64,000 nucleotides of DNA, from contig CAXXQE010000008.1 in assembly GCA_963665615.2 (NCBI GenBank), forward strand, positions 496,001-560,000. Direction: 5' to 3'. The notes beneath the pieces are model-generated. The model was given only the letters and a program-made list of their open reading frames with translations. It did not search any database and was not told the DNA's origin. The first letter of the stretch is position 1. Every line of letters begins with the position of its first letter. Origin of the DNA: Syntrophales bacterium (GTDB taxonomy: Bacteria > Desulfobacterota > Syntrophia > Syntrophales > UBA4778). The translations under genes were made by a program, and so were the position numbers. This document shows positions 22,682-33,186 of this stretch, in pieces.

Positions 22682-24052
22682 ATGCACAAGATCCTCATCG
22701 TTGATGATGAATTGAATATGAGGCTTGTCCTCGATGCGATGTTGCGCAAGGAGGGATATGCGGTCGTGACCGCCGCCGATGGGCTGGAGGCGCTGGGGAT
22801 ATTGAAGGCAAACGATATTTCGGTGGTGGTGACCGACCTCAAGATGCCGAAGCTCGACGGCATGGGGCTTTTGGCCAAGGTCATGCAGGACTATCCGGCG
22901 ATTCCGGTTATCATGATGACTGCGCACGGCACGGTGAACAACGCCGTCGATGCCCTGAAGCAGGGGGCCTTCGACTACATCACCAAGCCCTTCGAGCAGG
23001 ATGATATCAAAAACGCCATCAGCAAGGCGATCAATACCCGCAAGCTCAGAGAGCGCGACGTGCTCGCCGGTCCCCAGGATGTGGACTGGTACGGCATCGT
23101 GGGCGAAAGCGCCGGCATGGTTCAGATCCGCGAGGCCATCCGGACTGTCGCGCCGACGATGACGACGGTTCTGATCACAGGGGAGACGGGAACGGGCAAG
23201 GAGCTCATCGCCCAGGCGGTTCACCGCAACAGCCCCCGCAAGGACAACCCCTTTATCAAGATCAACTGCGCCGCCATTCCGGAAAATCTCATGGAGAGCG
23301 AGCTGTTCGGCTATGAGAAAGGCGCTTTTACCGGCGCGGCCTATAAAAAGCCGGGGCGCTTCGAGCTGGCCCACAAGGGCACGCTTTTCCTTGACGAGAT
23401 CGGCGAGGTGCCAAAGGCGATGCAGGTGAAGCTCCTCCAGGTTATTCAGGATCAGGAGTTCGAGCGGGTGGGCGGACTTCGGACGATCAAGGTCGATGTC
23501 CGACTGGTGGCGGCGACGAACCGCAACCTGCTGCAGGAGGTCAAGGACGGCAACTTCCGCGAAGACCTCTTTTATCGCCTGAATGTCTTTCCGATCAATC
23601 TCCCGCCGCTTCGGGAGCGGAAAGAAGACATTGCGCCTCTGGTTCAACATTTTTTGGAAAAGTTCAACCGGAAACTCGGTCGCGGCATCAAGGGAATCGA
23701 TGCGCAGGTATTGGCCTTTCTGGAGCGACATTCCTGGCCGGGCAATGTCCGCGAATTCGAAAATCTCATAGAGCGATTGGTGCTTGTCGCACGCGGCGAT
23801 ACCATCGTTATGGAGGACATCCCGGCGGAGATTCAGGAAATCATTGAGCAGTCAGAGGCCCTTGCGCCGCCGGAGCCTTCCGGCAAGGCCTTTAAGGAGG
23901 CCGTCCGGGAACAGACGGAGGATGTGGAGAAGGCGATGATCGTCAAGGCGCTTGAAGAATGCGACGGCAATGTGACCCGCGCCGCCCAGCAGTTGGGGGT
24001 GAGCCGGAAGGGATTGCAGTTGAAGATGATAAAGTACAATCTCAGAAAGTAA
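22682..24052 (+). CDS. Sigma54-dependent NtrC/AtoC-type response regulator
   Basis: Receiver ILIVDDE/TDLKMP, GETGTGKE, GAFTGA, WPGNVRE, Fis-type HTH. Confidence 0.95.
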   Translation: MHKILIVDDELNMRLVLDAMLRKEGYAVVTAADGLEALGILKANDISVVVTDLKMPKLDGMGLLAKVMQDYPAIPVIMMTAHGTVNNAVDALKQGAFDYITKPFEQDDIKNAISKAINTRKLRERDVLAGPQDVDWYGIVGESAGMVQIREAIRTVAPTMTTVLITGETGTGKELIAQAVHRNSPRKDNPFIKINCAAIPENLMESELFGYEKGAFTGAAYKKPGRFELAHKGTLFLDEIGEVPKAMQVKLLQVIQDQEFERVGGLRTIKVDVRLVAATNRNLLQEVKDGNFREDLFYRLNVFPINLPPLRERKEDIAPLVQHFLEKFNRKLGRGIKGIDAQVLAFLERHSWPGNVREFENLIERLVLVARGDTIVMEDIPAEIQEIIEQSEALAPPEPSGKAFKEAVREQTEDVEKAMIVKALEECDGNVTRAAQQLGVSRKGLQLKMIKYNLRK

Positions 24053-24056
24053 TCGA

Positions 24057-24130
24057 GGCTGTTCAGAAAGGGCCGGATGCGGTGTTGGGCCTCACGTATT
24101 GGAGGGCTGCGCTCCTCGGGCTGAACAGCC
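24057..24130. mobile_element. Family A element, short degenerate copy 3
   Basis: GGCTGTTCAG...CTCACGTATT...CTGAACAGCC. Confidence 0.6.
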
Positions 24131-24155
24131 CTCAATGGAAACCGTGCATTACTGT

Positions 24156-24189
24156 GTCATTGCGAGGAGCATCAGCGACGCGGCAATCT
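24156..24189 (+). repeat. Family B REP-like palindrome left of the GIY-YIG gene
   Basis: GTCATTGCGAGGAGCATCAGCGACGCGGCAATCT. Confidence 0.85.
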
Positions 24190-24236
24190 AGGGTATTGCC
24201 CTATTATTGAAAATAGAACCGTCCTGGATGTGTCAA

Positions 24237-24524
24237 ATGGGTAAACCGTTTTGCGTTTACATCATGACAAATCTCAACCATACGGTGCTCTATACCGGTG
24301 TAACCGGGAACCTGAAAAAGAGAGTATACGAGCATAAAGAAAAATTGGCGGACGGATTCACGAAAAAATATAATGCGACGAAGCTTGTCTATTACGAAGT
24401 CCATGATGAACCGCTGAAGGCGATACTGAGAGAAAAGAAAATCAAGGCGGGGTCTAGACAGAAAAAGATAGATCTCGTTAATCAGATGAATTCCTCTTGG
24501 GAGGACTTGTATGACAAGATATAG
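24237..24524 (+). CDS. Stand-alone GIY-YIG nuclease (about 95 aa)
   Basis: FCVYIM...LYTGVT..LKKRVYEH...FTKKY..KLVYYE...REKKIK...WEDL; AT-richer than its neighbours. Confidence 0.9.
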   Translation: MGKPFCVYIMTNLNHTVLYTGVTGNLKKRVYEHKEKLADGFTKKYNATKLVYYEVHDEPLKAILREKKIKAGSRQKKIDLVNQMNSSWEDLYDKI

Positions 24525-24604
24525 ATTGCTTCGCTTCGCTCGCAATGACCGGTCCGTGCTAATATTGCGGAGCTATTGTCATTGCGAGCGAAGCGAAGCA
24601 ATCT
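24523..24604. repeat. Family B REP doublet: perfect 27-bp inverted repeat with 28-bp spacer
   Basis: AGATTGCTTCGCTTCGCTCGCAATGAC 24523-24549 / GTCATTGCGAGCGAAGCGAAGCAATCT 24578-24604. Confidence 0.9.
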
Positions 24605-24641
24605 ATATCCTTCAATGAAAAACATCACGACTGGAAAAGCT

Positions 24642-27611
24642 ATGATCAACAGAATCGAAATCGGGTTTAAAGAGGGCGTGCGGGATGCGCTGGGAGAGAA
24701 AGTGGCCGGTCGCATCGGCGAGCAGCTGCATATCGAGGTCGAGACGGTCCGGACAATCGATGTCTACACGATCGAGGGGACGGTGTCCGAGCAGGCGCTG
24801 AAGGAGATCGCAGCAGGGCCGCTACTGGACCCGGTTATTCAGCGCGCCGCGATCAACCGGGGGTTGGCGGAATCCTTCGACTGGCTCATTGAGGTCGGCT
24901 TTCGGCCCGGGGTCACGGATAATGTTGGCCGCACCGCCACGGAGGCCATCCGGCTGCTGCTCGGTGACGGCAGCGGCGTCCGCGCCTATACCTCGCGGCA
25001 GTATGTCATTCGGGGCGAGCTTGCCCGCAGGGACGTCGAGCGGGTCGCCTCGGGGCTTCTGGCCAATGATCTGATCGAGCACTATGAAATCGTTAACGGC
25101 AGGGATTGGAACCCGGCAAAGGGCATGCCCGCCTATGCCCCCCATGTGGTCGAGGAAAACAAACCGCATGTGGAGGAGATCGATCTGAATGTCGATGACG
25201 CCGCCCTCATGGCGATCAGCAGCGAGCGGGTGCTTGCACTTCAACTCTACGAGATCAAAGCCATCCAGGCCTACCTGAGGAGAAAAGATGTTCTGGTCGC
25301 CCGAGAAAACGTCGGCCTCGGCGAGAAGATTACCGACGTGGAACTCGAGATGCTGGCGCAAACCTGGTCGGAACACTGCAAGCACAAGATCTTCAACGCG
25401 GCGATCGAATACCGCGACGGCAAAAAGACCCTGAAGATCGATTCGCTCTTCAGCCGCTACATCAAAGGCTCGACGAAGAAGATCCGCATGAAGTTGGGGT
25501 TGAAGGACTGGTGCCTGTCGGTCTTCGTCGATAACGCGGGGATCATCCGCTTCAACGATGACTACAATCTCGTCTTCAAGGTGGAGACGCACAATTCGCC
25601 GTCCGCCCTCGATCCTTACGGCGGCGCGCTCACCGGCATCGTCGGCGTCAACCGCGATCCCTTCGGTACAGGACGCGGCGCAACGCTCATTTTCAACACG
25701 GACGTCTTCTGCTTCGCCTCTCCCTTTTACGAGAAGGAATTGCCCGCGCGGATCCTTCATCCCAGACGGATTTACGAAGGGGTGCGCGAGGGTGTTGAGC
25801 ACGGCGGCAACAAGAGCGGCATCCCGACGGTCAACGGCTGTATCGTCTTCGACGACCGCTTTCTCGGCAAACCCCTCGTCTATTGCGGAACGGGCGGAAT
25901 CATGCCTGCGCGCCTGAACGGCAGACCCACCCACGCCAAAGAGATCCGCCCTGGCGATCTCGTCGTAATGACCGGGGGCCGAATCGGCAAAGACGGTATT
26001 CACGGCGCGACCTTCTCCTCGGAGGAGCTGCACGAGGGCTCGCCGGTCACGGCGGTCCAGATCGGCGACCCGATCACCCAGAAGAAGATGACGGACTTTC
26101 TCACGGCCGCGCGCAACCGCGATCTCTACCGCTGCATCACCGATAACGGCGCAGGCGGTCTCTCCTCGTCGATCGGCGAGATGGCGACCCTGTCGGGCGG
26201 CGCGGAGCTCGATCTGGAGAAGGCCCCGCTGAAATACGCAGGCCTGAACCCCTGGGAGATCCTGCTGTCGGAGGCCCAGGAGCGGATGTCCCTGGCCGTC
26301 GATCCCCAGAAGATCGACGACTTTATGGCACGGGCAAAGAAGATGGATGTCGAGGCGACGGTTCTCGGCACGTTTACGAATAGCGGCAAGTTCCACCTGC
26401 GCTATGACGGCAAAACCGTCGGTTGCCTGGACATGGACTTCCTGCACGAGGGGCTCCCGCAGATGCGGCTCAAGGCCGTGTGGCAGCAGCCTCGCCATGA
26501 CGAGCCGGATTTCCCGCAGCCGGCGGACATGGGCAAGGCGCTCGCGGAGATGCTCGGCCGGCTCAACATCTGCAGCAAGGAGTCGGTGGTCCGCCAGTAT
26601 GACCACGAGGTTCAGGGCGGCAGCGTGGTGAAGCCCCTGGTGGGCGCTGCCAACGACGGACCCTCCGATGCGGCGGTGATCCGGCCGATCCTCGATTCCT
26701 TTGAAGGGGTCGTTGTGGCCAACGGCCTCTGCCCGCGGTACAGCGATATCGATACCTACCACATGGCGGCCTGCGCGATCGACGAAGCGGTCCGCAACAC
26801 CGTGGCCGTGGGCGGCAAGCTCGGCACGGTTGCAGGACTCGACAACTTCTGCTGGTGCGATCCCGTTCAGTCCGAGAAAACGCCGGACGGCGAATACAAG
26901 CTCGCACAGCTCGTACGCGCCAACCAGGCCCTCTATGACTATACAACGGCCTATGGCGTGCCCTGCATTTCCGGCAAGGACAGCATGAAAAACGATTACC
27001 AGATCGGCGGGACAAAGATCTCGATTCCGCCGACCATGCTCTTCTCGACGATCGGCAAGATCGACGACGTTCGCAAGGCCGTCACGATGGACGCCAAGCG
27101 GGCCGGGGATCTCGTCTATGTCCTGGGCATGACCTACAACGAACTCGGCGGCTCCGAATGGTATGCGGCGCAGGGCTTTGTCGGCAACAGCGTCCCGAAG
27201 GTCGATGCCAAGACGGCGAAGAAACGCTATGCGGCGCTCGGCAAGGCCATGGACAAGGGGCTCGTCGCCTCCTGTCACGACTGTGCGGACGGCGGCCTCG
27301 GGGTGGCCCTGGCCGAGACGGCCTTCTCCGGCGGCCTCGGCATGGTGGTCGATCTGATGCGCGTTCCCGCCGAGGGCATGACCCGCGACGACGCGCTGCT
27401 CTTCTCCGAGTCGCAGAGCCGCTTTGTCGTGACGATCCGGCCCGAAGCGAAGAAGGCCTTCGAGGCGATCATGAAGGGAACCGCTTTTGCCGAGATTGGC
27501 ACGGTGATTCCCAGAGATGTCTTTGAGGTTAAGGGCCTCAACGATACAGTCATTATCAGGGAGAAACTTGAGACGCTGAAGGGGGCGTGGCAGAAGCCGC
27601 TCCGCTTCTAG
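24642..27611 (+). CDS. purL: Phosphoribosylformylglycinamidine synthase PurL with PurS-like N-terminal extension (probable start ATG 24642)
   Basis: QTWSEHCKHKIF, KVETHNSPS, DNGAGGLSS, SEAQERM, ISGKDSM. Confidence 0.95.
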   Translation: MINRIEIGFKEGVRDALGEKVAGRIGEQLHIEVETVRTIDVYTIEGTVSEQALKEIAAGPLLDPVIQRAAINRGLAESFDWLIEVGFRPGVTDNVGRTATEAIRLLLGDGSGVRAYTSRQYVIRGELARRDVERVASGLLANDLIEHYEIVNGRDWNPAKGMPAYAPHVVEENKPHVEEIDLNVDDAALMAISSERVLALQLYEIKAIQAYLRRKDVLVARENVGLGEKITDVELEMLAQTWSEHCKHKIFNAAIEYRDGKKTLKIDSLFSRYIKGSTKKIRMKLGLKDWCLSVFVDNAGIIRFNDDYNLVFKVETHNSPSALDPYGGALTGIVGVNRDPFGTGRGATLIFNTDVFCFASPFYEKELPARILHPRRIYEGVREGVEHGGNKSGIPTVNGCIVFDDRFLGKPLVYCGTGGIMPARLNGRPTHAKEIRPGDLVVMTGGRIGKDGIHGATFSSEELHEGSPVTAVQIGDPITQKKMTDFLTAARNRDLYRCITDNGAGGLSSSIGEMATLSGGAELDLEKAPLKYAGLNPWEILLSEAQERMSLAVDPQKIDDFMARAKKMDVEATVLGTFTNSGKFHLRYDGKTVGCLDMDFLHEGLPQMRLKAVWQQPRHDEPDFPQPADMGKALAEMLGRLNICSKESVVRQYDHEVQGGSVVKPLVGAANDGPSDAAVIRPILDSFEGVVVANGLCPRYSDIDTYHMAACAIDEAVRNTVAVGGKLGTVAGLDNFCWCDPVQSEKTPDGEYKLAQLVRANQALYDYTTAYGVPCISGKDSMKNDYQIGGTKISIPPTMLFSTIGKIDDVRKAVTMDAKRAGDLVYVLGMTYNELGGSEWYAAQGFVGNSVPKVDAKTAKKRYAALGKAMDKGLVASCHDCADGGLGVALAETAFSGGLGMVVDLMRVPAEGMTRDDALLFSESQSRFVVTIRPEAKKAFEAIMKGTAFAEIGTVIPRDVFEVKGLNDTVIIREKLETLKGAWQKPLRF

Positions 27612-27612
27612 C

Positions 27613-27759
27613 GCGGCGGTTCAAAAACGGCCATCTGCGTTGTTGCGCTCCGGGCCGTAAATGCTCACGTATTAACTATACGCTCCGCTTTCCGGTCCTC
27701 CCCGACCACTGCCTCGGGACAGGCGCGCGCCTAGCATCTGACCGTTTTTGAACCGCCGC
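27613..27759. mobile_element. Family A element, copy 4 (with 24-nt internal insertion)
   Basis: Perfect 18-bp ends GCGGCGGTTCAAAAACGG / CCGTTTTTGAACCGCCGC; core TGCTCACGTATTAACTATACGCT. Confidence 0.8.
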
Positions 27760-27790
27760 AAAAACGGGCGCGAGTTCAGGGTTCGGCGTT

Positions 27791-27916
27791 GAAAAAGTCT
27801 TCGACAGTGTGTCATTGCGAGCGAAGCGAAGCAATCTAACTAGATGAATTTATGAGATTGCTTCGTCACTGCGTTCCTCGCAATGACGTGCTTTTTGACT
27901 TTTTTCGAGATCATCA
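27791..27916. repeat. Family B REP doublet inside a GAAAAAGTC...GACTTTTT shell
   Basis: REPs at 27811-27837 and 27855-27887 (inverted). Confidence 0.85.
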
Positions 27917-27997
27917 GAAGGAAACGGTCAAGTCATTGCACAGGAAGGGTCTTTGCACAACAGTCGCAAAGCCCGGTGAAAAAGAAGGAAAGCAGAT

Positions 27998-28825
27998 ATG
28001 CCAAGTATAGTGAAAACGATTGTGGTGACCGGAAACGGGACGAATTGTGAACGGGAGATGGCGCATGCCTGCCGCCTGGCGGGGTCGGATGTCGTCGATA
28101 TCGTCCACATCAGCGAGATTCTCTATGGCGAAAAGCGTCTCGACGATTACCATTTTCTCAACCTTCCCGGCGGCTTTCTCGATGGCGACGATCTGGGCTC
28201 GGCCAAGGCCAACGCCAACCGCATCATCCACTCGAAGATCAAGGGGGGTGACGACACCCTGCGGGACCAGGTGAGCCGCTTCATCCAGGCGGGCAAGCTG
28301 ATCATCGGCATCTGCAATGGCTTTCAGCTCATGGTCAAGCTGGGCCTTCTTCCCGCTTTCGACCGGGACTATTTCCGCCAGTCGGTCACCCTCACCTTCA
28401 ACGACTCCGGGCGTTTCGAGGACCGCTGGGTCTATCTCAAGATCAACGAGCAGTCGCATTGCGTCTTTACCCAAGGCATGACGGGGGTCTATCTCCCGGT
28501 GCGCCACGGCGAGGGAAAACTCATTGCGCAGGACGACGCGATTTTGAAAAAGCTCCACGACAACCGTCAAGTCGTAGCCCAATACTGTCTGCCGGATATG
28601 CGCACCGTTACCGGCGAATACCCGTACAATCCGAATGGATCGATCGATGCCATTGCGGGGATCTGCGATGAAACGGGGCGGCTCTTCGGGATGATGCCCC
28701 ATCCGGAGGCTTTCACCCACCGCACCAACCACCCGCGCTGGACGCGCGAGGATCTGCCGGAAGAAGGTCAGGGCCTGGCGTTTTTCCGGAATGCCGTTGA
28801 CTTTATCCGCAGCGAGGCCTTTTAA
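27998..28825 (+). CDS. purQ: FGAM synthase glutaminase subunit
   Basis: GTNCE, PGGFLDGD, GICNGFQ, MMPHPE. Confidence 0.95.
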   Translation: MPSIVKTIVVTGNGTNCEREMAHACRLAGSDVVDIVHISEILYGEKRLDDYHFLNLPGGFLDGDDLGSAKANANRIIHSKIKGGDDTLRDQVSRFIQAGKLIIGICNGFQLMVKLGLLPAFDRDYFRQSVTLTFNDSGRFEDRWVYLKINEQSHCVFTQGMTGVYLPVRHGEGKLIAQDDAILKKLHDNRQVVAQYCLPDMRTVTGEYPYNPNGSIDAIAGICDETGRLFGMMPHPEAFTHRTNHPRWTREDLPEEGQGLAFFRNAVDFIRSEAF

Positions 28826-28934
28826 GGACGGCAGTCGCGCGGTCTTTTTTCAGTGTTGCCGATTTTCTATAGCGGCGGCGAACCATCGTCTGTTTCGCTA
28901 TAAGCACTTAATCAATTTGGAGGTAAGTAAAGAT

Positions 28935-29981
28935 ATGCGTACAAAAATTACCGATATGCTCGGGATCGAGGTCCCGATCCTGTTGTCAGGGATGAGCTGG
29001 ATCAGCGTGCCGGAGATGGTGGCGGCGGTATCCAACGCCGGCGGCCTGGGGATGCTGGCGACCGGCGCGCTCACCGCGGAAGAGACGCGGGACGCGGTTC
29101 GCAAGATCCGCACGTTGACCGACAAGCCCTTCGGGGCCAATGCGACGTTGTATTTCCCCGGCGCCAACGAAAATGCGCAGGTTTTGCTGGACGAGAAGGT
29201 GCCTGTCATCAATTTCGCCCTCGGCAAGGGGGACTGGATCGTCGAGGCGGCGCACCGTTACGGCGGCAAGGTCCTGGCGACCGTCGTCAATGAGAAGCAC
29301 GGCAAAAAGGCCCAGTCGTATGGTTGCGACGGGGTGATCGCCACCGGTTACGAGGCGGCAGCTCACGGCGAGGCGATTTCCTCTCTGGTTCTGATTCCGC
29401 ATCTTGTGGACGCGCTGAAGATTCCGGTAATTGCGGCGGGTGGAATCGGCGACGGGCGCGGTCTGGCCGCTGCCCTGAGCCTCGGTGCAGCCGGGGTCGC
29501 CATGGGGACGCGTTTCATGACCACGCAGGAGAGCCCGCTTCACGAGCGATACAAGACGTTGTCTGTTGAAAAAACGGTCTACGATACCCTCTACTCCCCG
29601 CGGATCGACGGCATTCCCTGCCGGGTGCTCGATACGACGGCGGCCCGCTGGGCTGCCCGCCGGGGCTTCAATCCGGTGGTTGCTCTCGTGCGCTCCTATG
29701 CAATCGCCCGGAACCTGCGTCTTCCCTATCTTCGCGTCTTTTTGAGTCTGGCAGGACGGGGGTACAGCGCCATGAAGCAGATGGCCCACATGGCCCTTGC
29801 CTTCGATGCCTTTGAGCGTGCGACTGTCGCGGGCGACACGGATCAAGGCATCCTGCCGGTGGGGCAGGTGATGGGGCTCATGCACGATGTGCCGACGGTC
29901 GCCGAGGTTATCAACCGCATGGTGCGCGAGGCCGAAGAGAGCCGCAAGCAGCTCGATGCGGTGTTCGACGAACAGCCCTGA
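28935..29981 (+). CDS. Nitronate monooxygenase / FabK-like flavoprotein (probable start ATG 28935)
   Basis: AAVSNAGGLG, GYEAAAH, PVIAAGGIGDGRG, MGTRF. Confidence 0.88.
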   Translation: MRTKITDMLGIEVPILLSGMSWISVPEMVAAVSNAGGLGMLATGALTAEETRDAVRKIRTLTDKPFGANATLYFPGANENAQVLLDEKVPVINFALGKGDWIVEAAHRYGGKVLATVVNEKHGKKAQSYGCDGVIATGYEAAAHGEAISSLVLIPHLVDALKIPVIAAGGIGDGRGLAAALSLGAAGVAMGTRFMTTQESPLHERYKTLSVEKTVYDTLYSPRIDGIPCRVLDTTAARWAARRGFNPVVALVRSYAIARNLRLPYLRVFLSLAGRGYSAMKQMAHMALAFDAFERATVAGDTDQGILPVGQVMGLMHDVPTVAEVINRMVREAEESRKQLDAVFDEQP

Positions 29982-29999
29982 GGGAGGAGCAACCCTCTC

Positions 30000-30431
30000 A
30001 TGATAAGAAAACCGACGCCGGAAGAGCTGATCCGGCACTTTCAGAACGACGCCTTTGCGCGTTTCACGGGCTGCGAGATTATCGAGGCGGGCGAGGGCTG
30101 GGCCAAGGTCCGCATGGGGATCGACCGGCATCATCTGAACGGCGTCGGTCTGGTTCACGGGGGAGCGGTCTACATGGCGGCGGATCTGGCCGGCGCCGTG
30201 GCGGCCAACTCCCACGGTCATGTCGCCGTGACACTGAGCGCGACGGCGACGTACATGAAACCCGGACAGGGGGGCAGTATTCTTGCTACAGCACGGGAGG
30301 TGTCCCGCAGCCGCAAGATCGGGGTTTATGCCGTGGATGTTATTGACGAGGCCTCCGGCGAGACGATCGCTTCCTTTCAGCAGACCGCCTTTGTGACCGA
30401 AAAAGACCTCTCTCATTTCGGGCAGCGTTGA
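30000..30431 (+). CDS. PaaI-family hotdog thioesterase
   Basis: HLNGVGLVHGGAVYMAAD. Confidence 0.9.
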   Translation: MIRKPTPEELIRHFQNDAFARFTGCEIIEAGEGWAKVRMGIDRHHLNGVGLVHGGAVYMAADLAGAVAANSHGHVAVTLSATATYMKPGQGGSILATAREVSRSRKIGVYAVDVIDEASGETIASFQQTAFVTEKDLSHFGQR

Positions 30432-30599
30432 GCCATCCCTGACCCGATTATTTCTGATTGATTGCAGCATCCGGGTGAGGTATGGTCAGATTTTCGTTTT
30501 TCCGGATGATCTCCTATTAAAGTCAAAGTCTTGGGCTGAGATGGCCGCCAGGCGGACGGCTCAGCGGGCGAGGCGTTGGCGTGATGGAAGGAAAAGGCA

Positions 30600-32282
30600 A
30601 TGGGTGAGAAGGATCTTCAAAAGGTCAAGGCCGCAAAACAACAATGGGAGGAGCAGACGCTCCAAAAGGCGCTGAAGCGCGATCCGGAGCGTAAGCAGGT
30701 GTTTACCACGATTTCCGGCATGCCGGTGGAGCGCCTTTACACACCCCTTGACCTGGTCGGCATCTCGTATAACGACGATATCGGCTTTCCGGGGGAATGT
30801 CCCTTTACCCGCGGGATTCAGCCGACCATGTATCGGGGCCGGCTGTGGACGATGCGCCAGTATGCCGGCTTCGGCAGTGCGCGGGAGAGCAACGAGCGCT
30901 ATCGCTATCTCCTGAGTCACGGCCAGACGGGGGTGAGCGTGGCCTTTGACCTGCCGACGCAGGCCGGCTTTGACAGCGACCATCCCCTGTCGATGGGGGA
31001 GGTGGGCAAGGTCGGGGTCGCGATCGATTCGCTGGCGGACATGCGCATCCTCTTCGATCAGATCCCGCTCGACCAGGTGACGACCTCAATGACGATCAAT
31101 GCGCCGGCGACAGTGCTGCTGGCCATGTACCTTGTCGTTGCGGAAGAGCAGGGCGTGCCCTTCGACAAGCTGGGCGGCACCGTTCAGAACGACATTCTCA
31201 AGGAACTGACGGTGCGCGGGCAGTATATTTTCCCGCCGCGTCCGAGTATGCGCCTCACCGTCGATCTGATCGAATACTGCTTCAAGCACGTTCCCAAATG
31301 GAACACGATTTCGATCAGCGGCTATCACATCCGCGAGGCGGGCGCGACGGCAGGGCAGGAAGCAGCCTTCACGATCGCCGACGGCATCGCCTATGTGCAG
31401 GCCTGCATCGACCGCGGCATGGCAGTGGACTCTTTTGCGCCCCGGCTGAGCTTCTTCTTCAACGCTTTCACCAACGTGATGGAGGAAATCGCCAAATACC
31501 GTGCGGCGCGCCGCTGCTGGGCGAAAATCATGAAAGATCGTTTCGGCGCGCAGGATCCGCGCTCGAAGATGATGCGCTACCACGTTCAGACGGGCGGGGT
31601 GACTCTGACAGCGCAGCAACCCCTGAACAACATCGTCCGCGTGGCGCTGCAAACCTATGCCGCCGTTTTGGGTGGCTGTCAGTCGCTGCACACCAACTCA
31701 TACGACGAGGCCCTGTGCCTGCCGACGGAGCAGGCCGTCAACGTCGCCCTGCGCACGCAGCAGATCGTGGCCGAGGAAAGCGGCGCGACCGATACGATCG
31801 ATCCGCTGGCCGGGTCCTATTACGTCGAGTCGATGACCAACAAGATCGAGGCGGAGATCGACAACTACATCCGCATCATCGACGACATGGGAGGCACGCT
31901 CTCTGCCATCGAGCAGCACTTCATCCAGCGCGAGATCCAGCAGAGCGCCTATCGTTTCCAGAAGGAGATCGAAAATGGCGAGCGAGTGTATGTCGGCGTC
32001 AACAAGTACGCCATGGAGGAGTCCATGCCGGCCGACCTGCTTCGCATCGACCTGAAGGTCGGCGAGATAGAGATCGAGAAGGTGAAGCAGCTGCGCGCCC
32101 GGCGCGATCCGGTCCGCTGGCAGCAGGCCCTGGAAAATCTCGAGCGCGTATCGGGTTCGAACGAAAACGTCATGCCCGCCGTCATCGAGGCGGTGAAGGC
32201 CTATGCCACCGTCGGCGAGATCTGCGACGTCTGGCGTCGCATCTACGGACAGTTTGAGGAGACGAGCAGAATCGTATGGTAA
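30600..32282 (+). CDS. Methylmalonyl-CoA mutase, substrate-binding subunit
   Basis: [10 protein letters not shown] (Tyr), [11 protein letters not shown] (Arg), [20 protein letters not shown]. Confidence 0.92.
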   Translation: MGEKDLQKVKAAKQQWEEQTLQKALKRDPERKQVFTTISGMPVERLYTPLDLVGISYNDDIGFPGECPFTRGIQPTMYRGRLWTMRQYAGFGSARESNERYRYLLSHGQTGVSVAFDLPTQAGFDSDHPLSMGEVGKVGVAIDSLADMRILFDQIPLDQVTTSMTINAPATVLLAMYLVVAEEQGVPFDKLGGTVQNDILKELTVRGQYIFPPRPSMRLTVDLIEYCFKHVPKWNTISISGYHIREAGATAGQEAAFTIADGIAYVQACIDRGMAVDSFAPRLSFFFNAFTNVMEEIAKYRAARRCWAKIMKDRFGAQDPRSKMMRYHVQTGGVTLTAQQPLNNIVRVALQTYAAVLGGCQSLHTNSYDEALCLPTEQAVNVALRTQQIVAEESGATDTIDPLAGSYYVESMTNKIEAEIDNYIRIIDDMGGTLSAIEQHFIQREIQQSAYRFQKEIENGERVYVGVNKYAMEESMPADLLRIDLKVGEIEIEKVKQLRARRDPVRWQQALENLERVSGSNENVMPAVIEAVKAYATVGEICDVWRRIYGQFEETSRIVW

Positions 32283-32680
32283 AACCGAGAAAGATCAAAC
32301 TGATTATGGCCAAACCTGGCCTCGACGGGCACGACCGCGGCGCGAAGCTCCTGGCGCGCGTTTTCATGGAAGCGGGCATGGAGGTGATCTACACGGGGCT
32401 GCGCCAGACTCCCGAGATGATCGTCAAGACGGCGCTTCAGGAAGATGCCGACGTGATCGGGTTGAGCAGCCTCTCCGGTGTCCACAACTATTTTTTTCCT
32501 CGCGTGATGGAGATCCTGCGGGAGAATCACATGGAGGACGTGCTGGTGGTGGGCGGCGGGATCATTCCCGACGAAGACGTGCCGGGCCTTAAAAGCGCCG
32601 GCGTAGCGGCGATCTTCGGGCCGGGCACCGACACCCGCGAGATCGTGAGGTTCATCCAGGCCAATGTCCGGCAGCGCTGA
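32276..32680 (+). CDS. Mutase cobalamin-binding subunit
   Basis: [12 protein letters not shown] (DxHxxG), GGGIIP, IFGPGT. Confidence 0.93.
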   Translation: MVKPRKIKLIMAKPGLDGHDRGAKLLARVFMEAGMEVIYTGLRQTPEMIVKTALQEDADVIGLSSLSGVHNYFFPRVMEILRENHMEDVLVVGGGIIPDEDVPGLKSAGVAAIFGPGTDTREIVRFIQANVRQR

Positions 32681-32691
32681 CGGGAGGCGTC

Positions 32692-33096
32692 ATGAAGGTT
32701 CTGAAGATCGACCACATCGGCATTGCCGTCAAGAGCATCGAGACGCAGCGCGCCCTCTATGCCGACCTGCTCGGGATTGAATACGCAGGGAGCGAGACCG
32801 TTGCGGAGCAGAAAGTCACCACCGCCTTTTTCCCCATCGATCAAACGGAAATCGAACTGCTGGAATCGACCGATGCGGACGGCCCCGTTGCGCGGTTCAT
32901 CGAAAGCCGCGGCGAGGGCGTGCAGCATATCGCCTTCCGCGTCGCCGATATCGACGCGGCCCTTTCTGAGTTGAAGGCCAAGGGCGTGCGGCTGATCGAT
33001 GAAAAGCCGCGCATCGGCGCGGGCGGCGCGAAGATCGCCTTTCTCCATCCCAAGGCCACCGGAGGTGTCCTGATTGAACTCTGCGAACGCAGTTAA
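32692..33096 (+). CDS. mce: Methylmalonyl-CoA epimerase
   Basis: IDHIGIAV, IELLE, GEGVQHIAF, FLHPKATGGVLIEL. Confidence 0.94.
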   Translation: MKVLKIDHIGIAVKSIETQRALYADLLGIEYAGSETVAEQKVTTAFFPIDQTEIELLESTDADGPVARFIESRGEGVQHIAFRVADIDAALSELKAKGVRLIDEKPRIGAGGAKIAFLHPKATGGVLIELCERS

Positions 33097-33186
33097 TCCC
33101 CTTCCGATCGATCTTCACTCTGGCATCGTTTCGTCGAAATCGCCCGCCCCTATTTCTTTCCAGACGTTCCCGGCGCCACCGGCAAG

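Noticed and set aside
24576..24641. Extended purL start MSLRAKRSNL; likewise ORFs 61696-61962, 61730-61954 and 61848-62303
   Set aside because: These are translations of repeat elements, not protein sequence.
24822..27278. Long antisense ORFs (818 aa here; also 43230-45104, 14399-16018, 28986-30470 and others)
   Set aside because: They are reverse-strand shadows of clear GC-rich genes and have no recognisable motifs.
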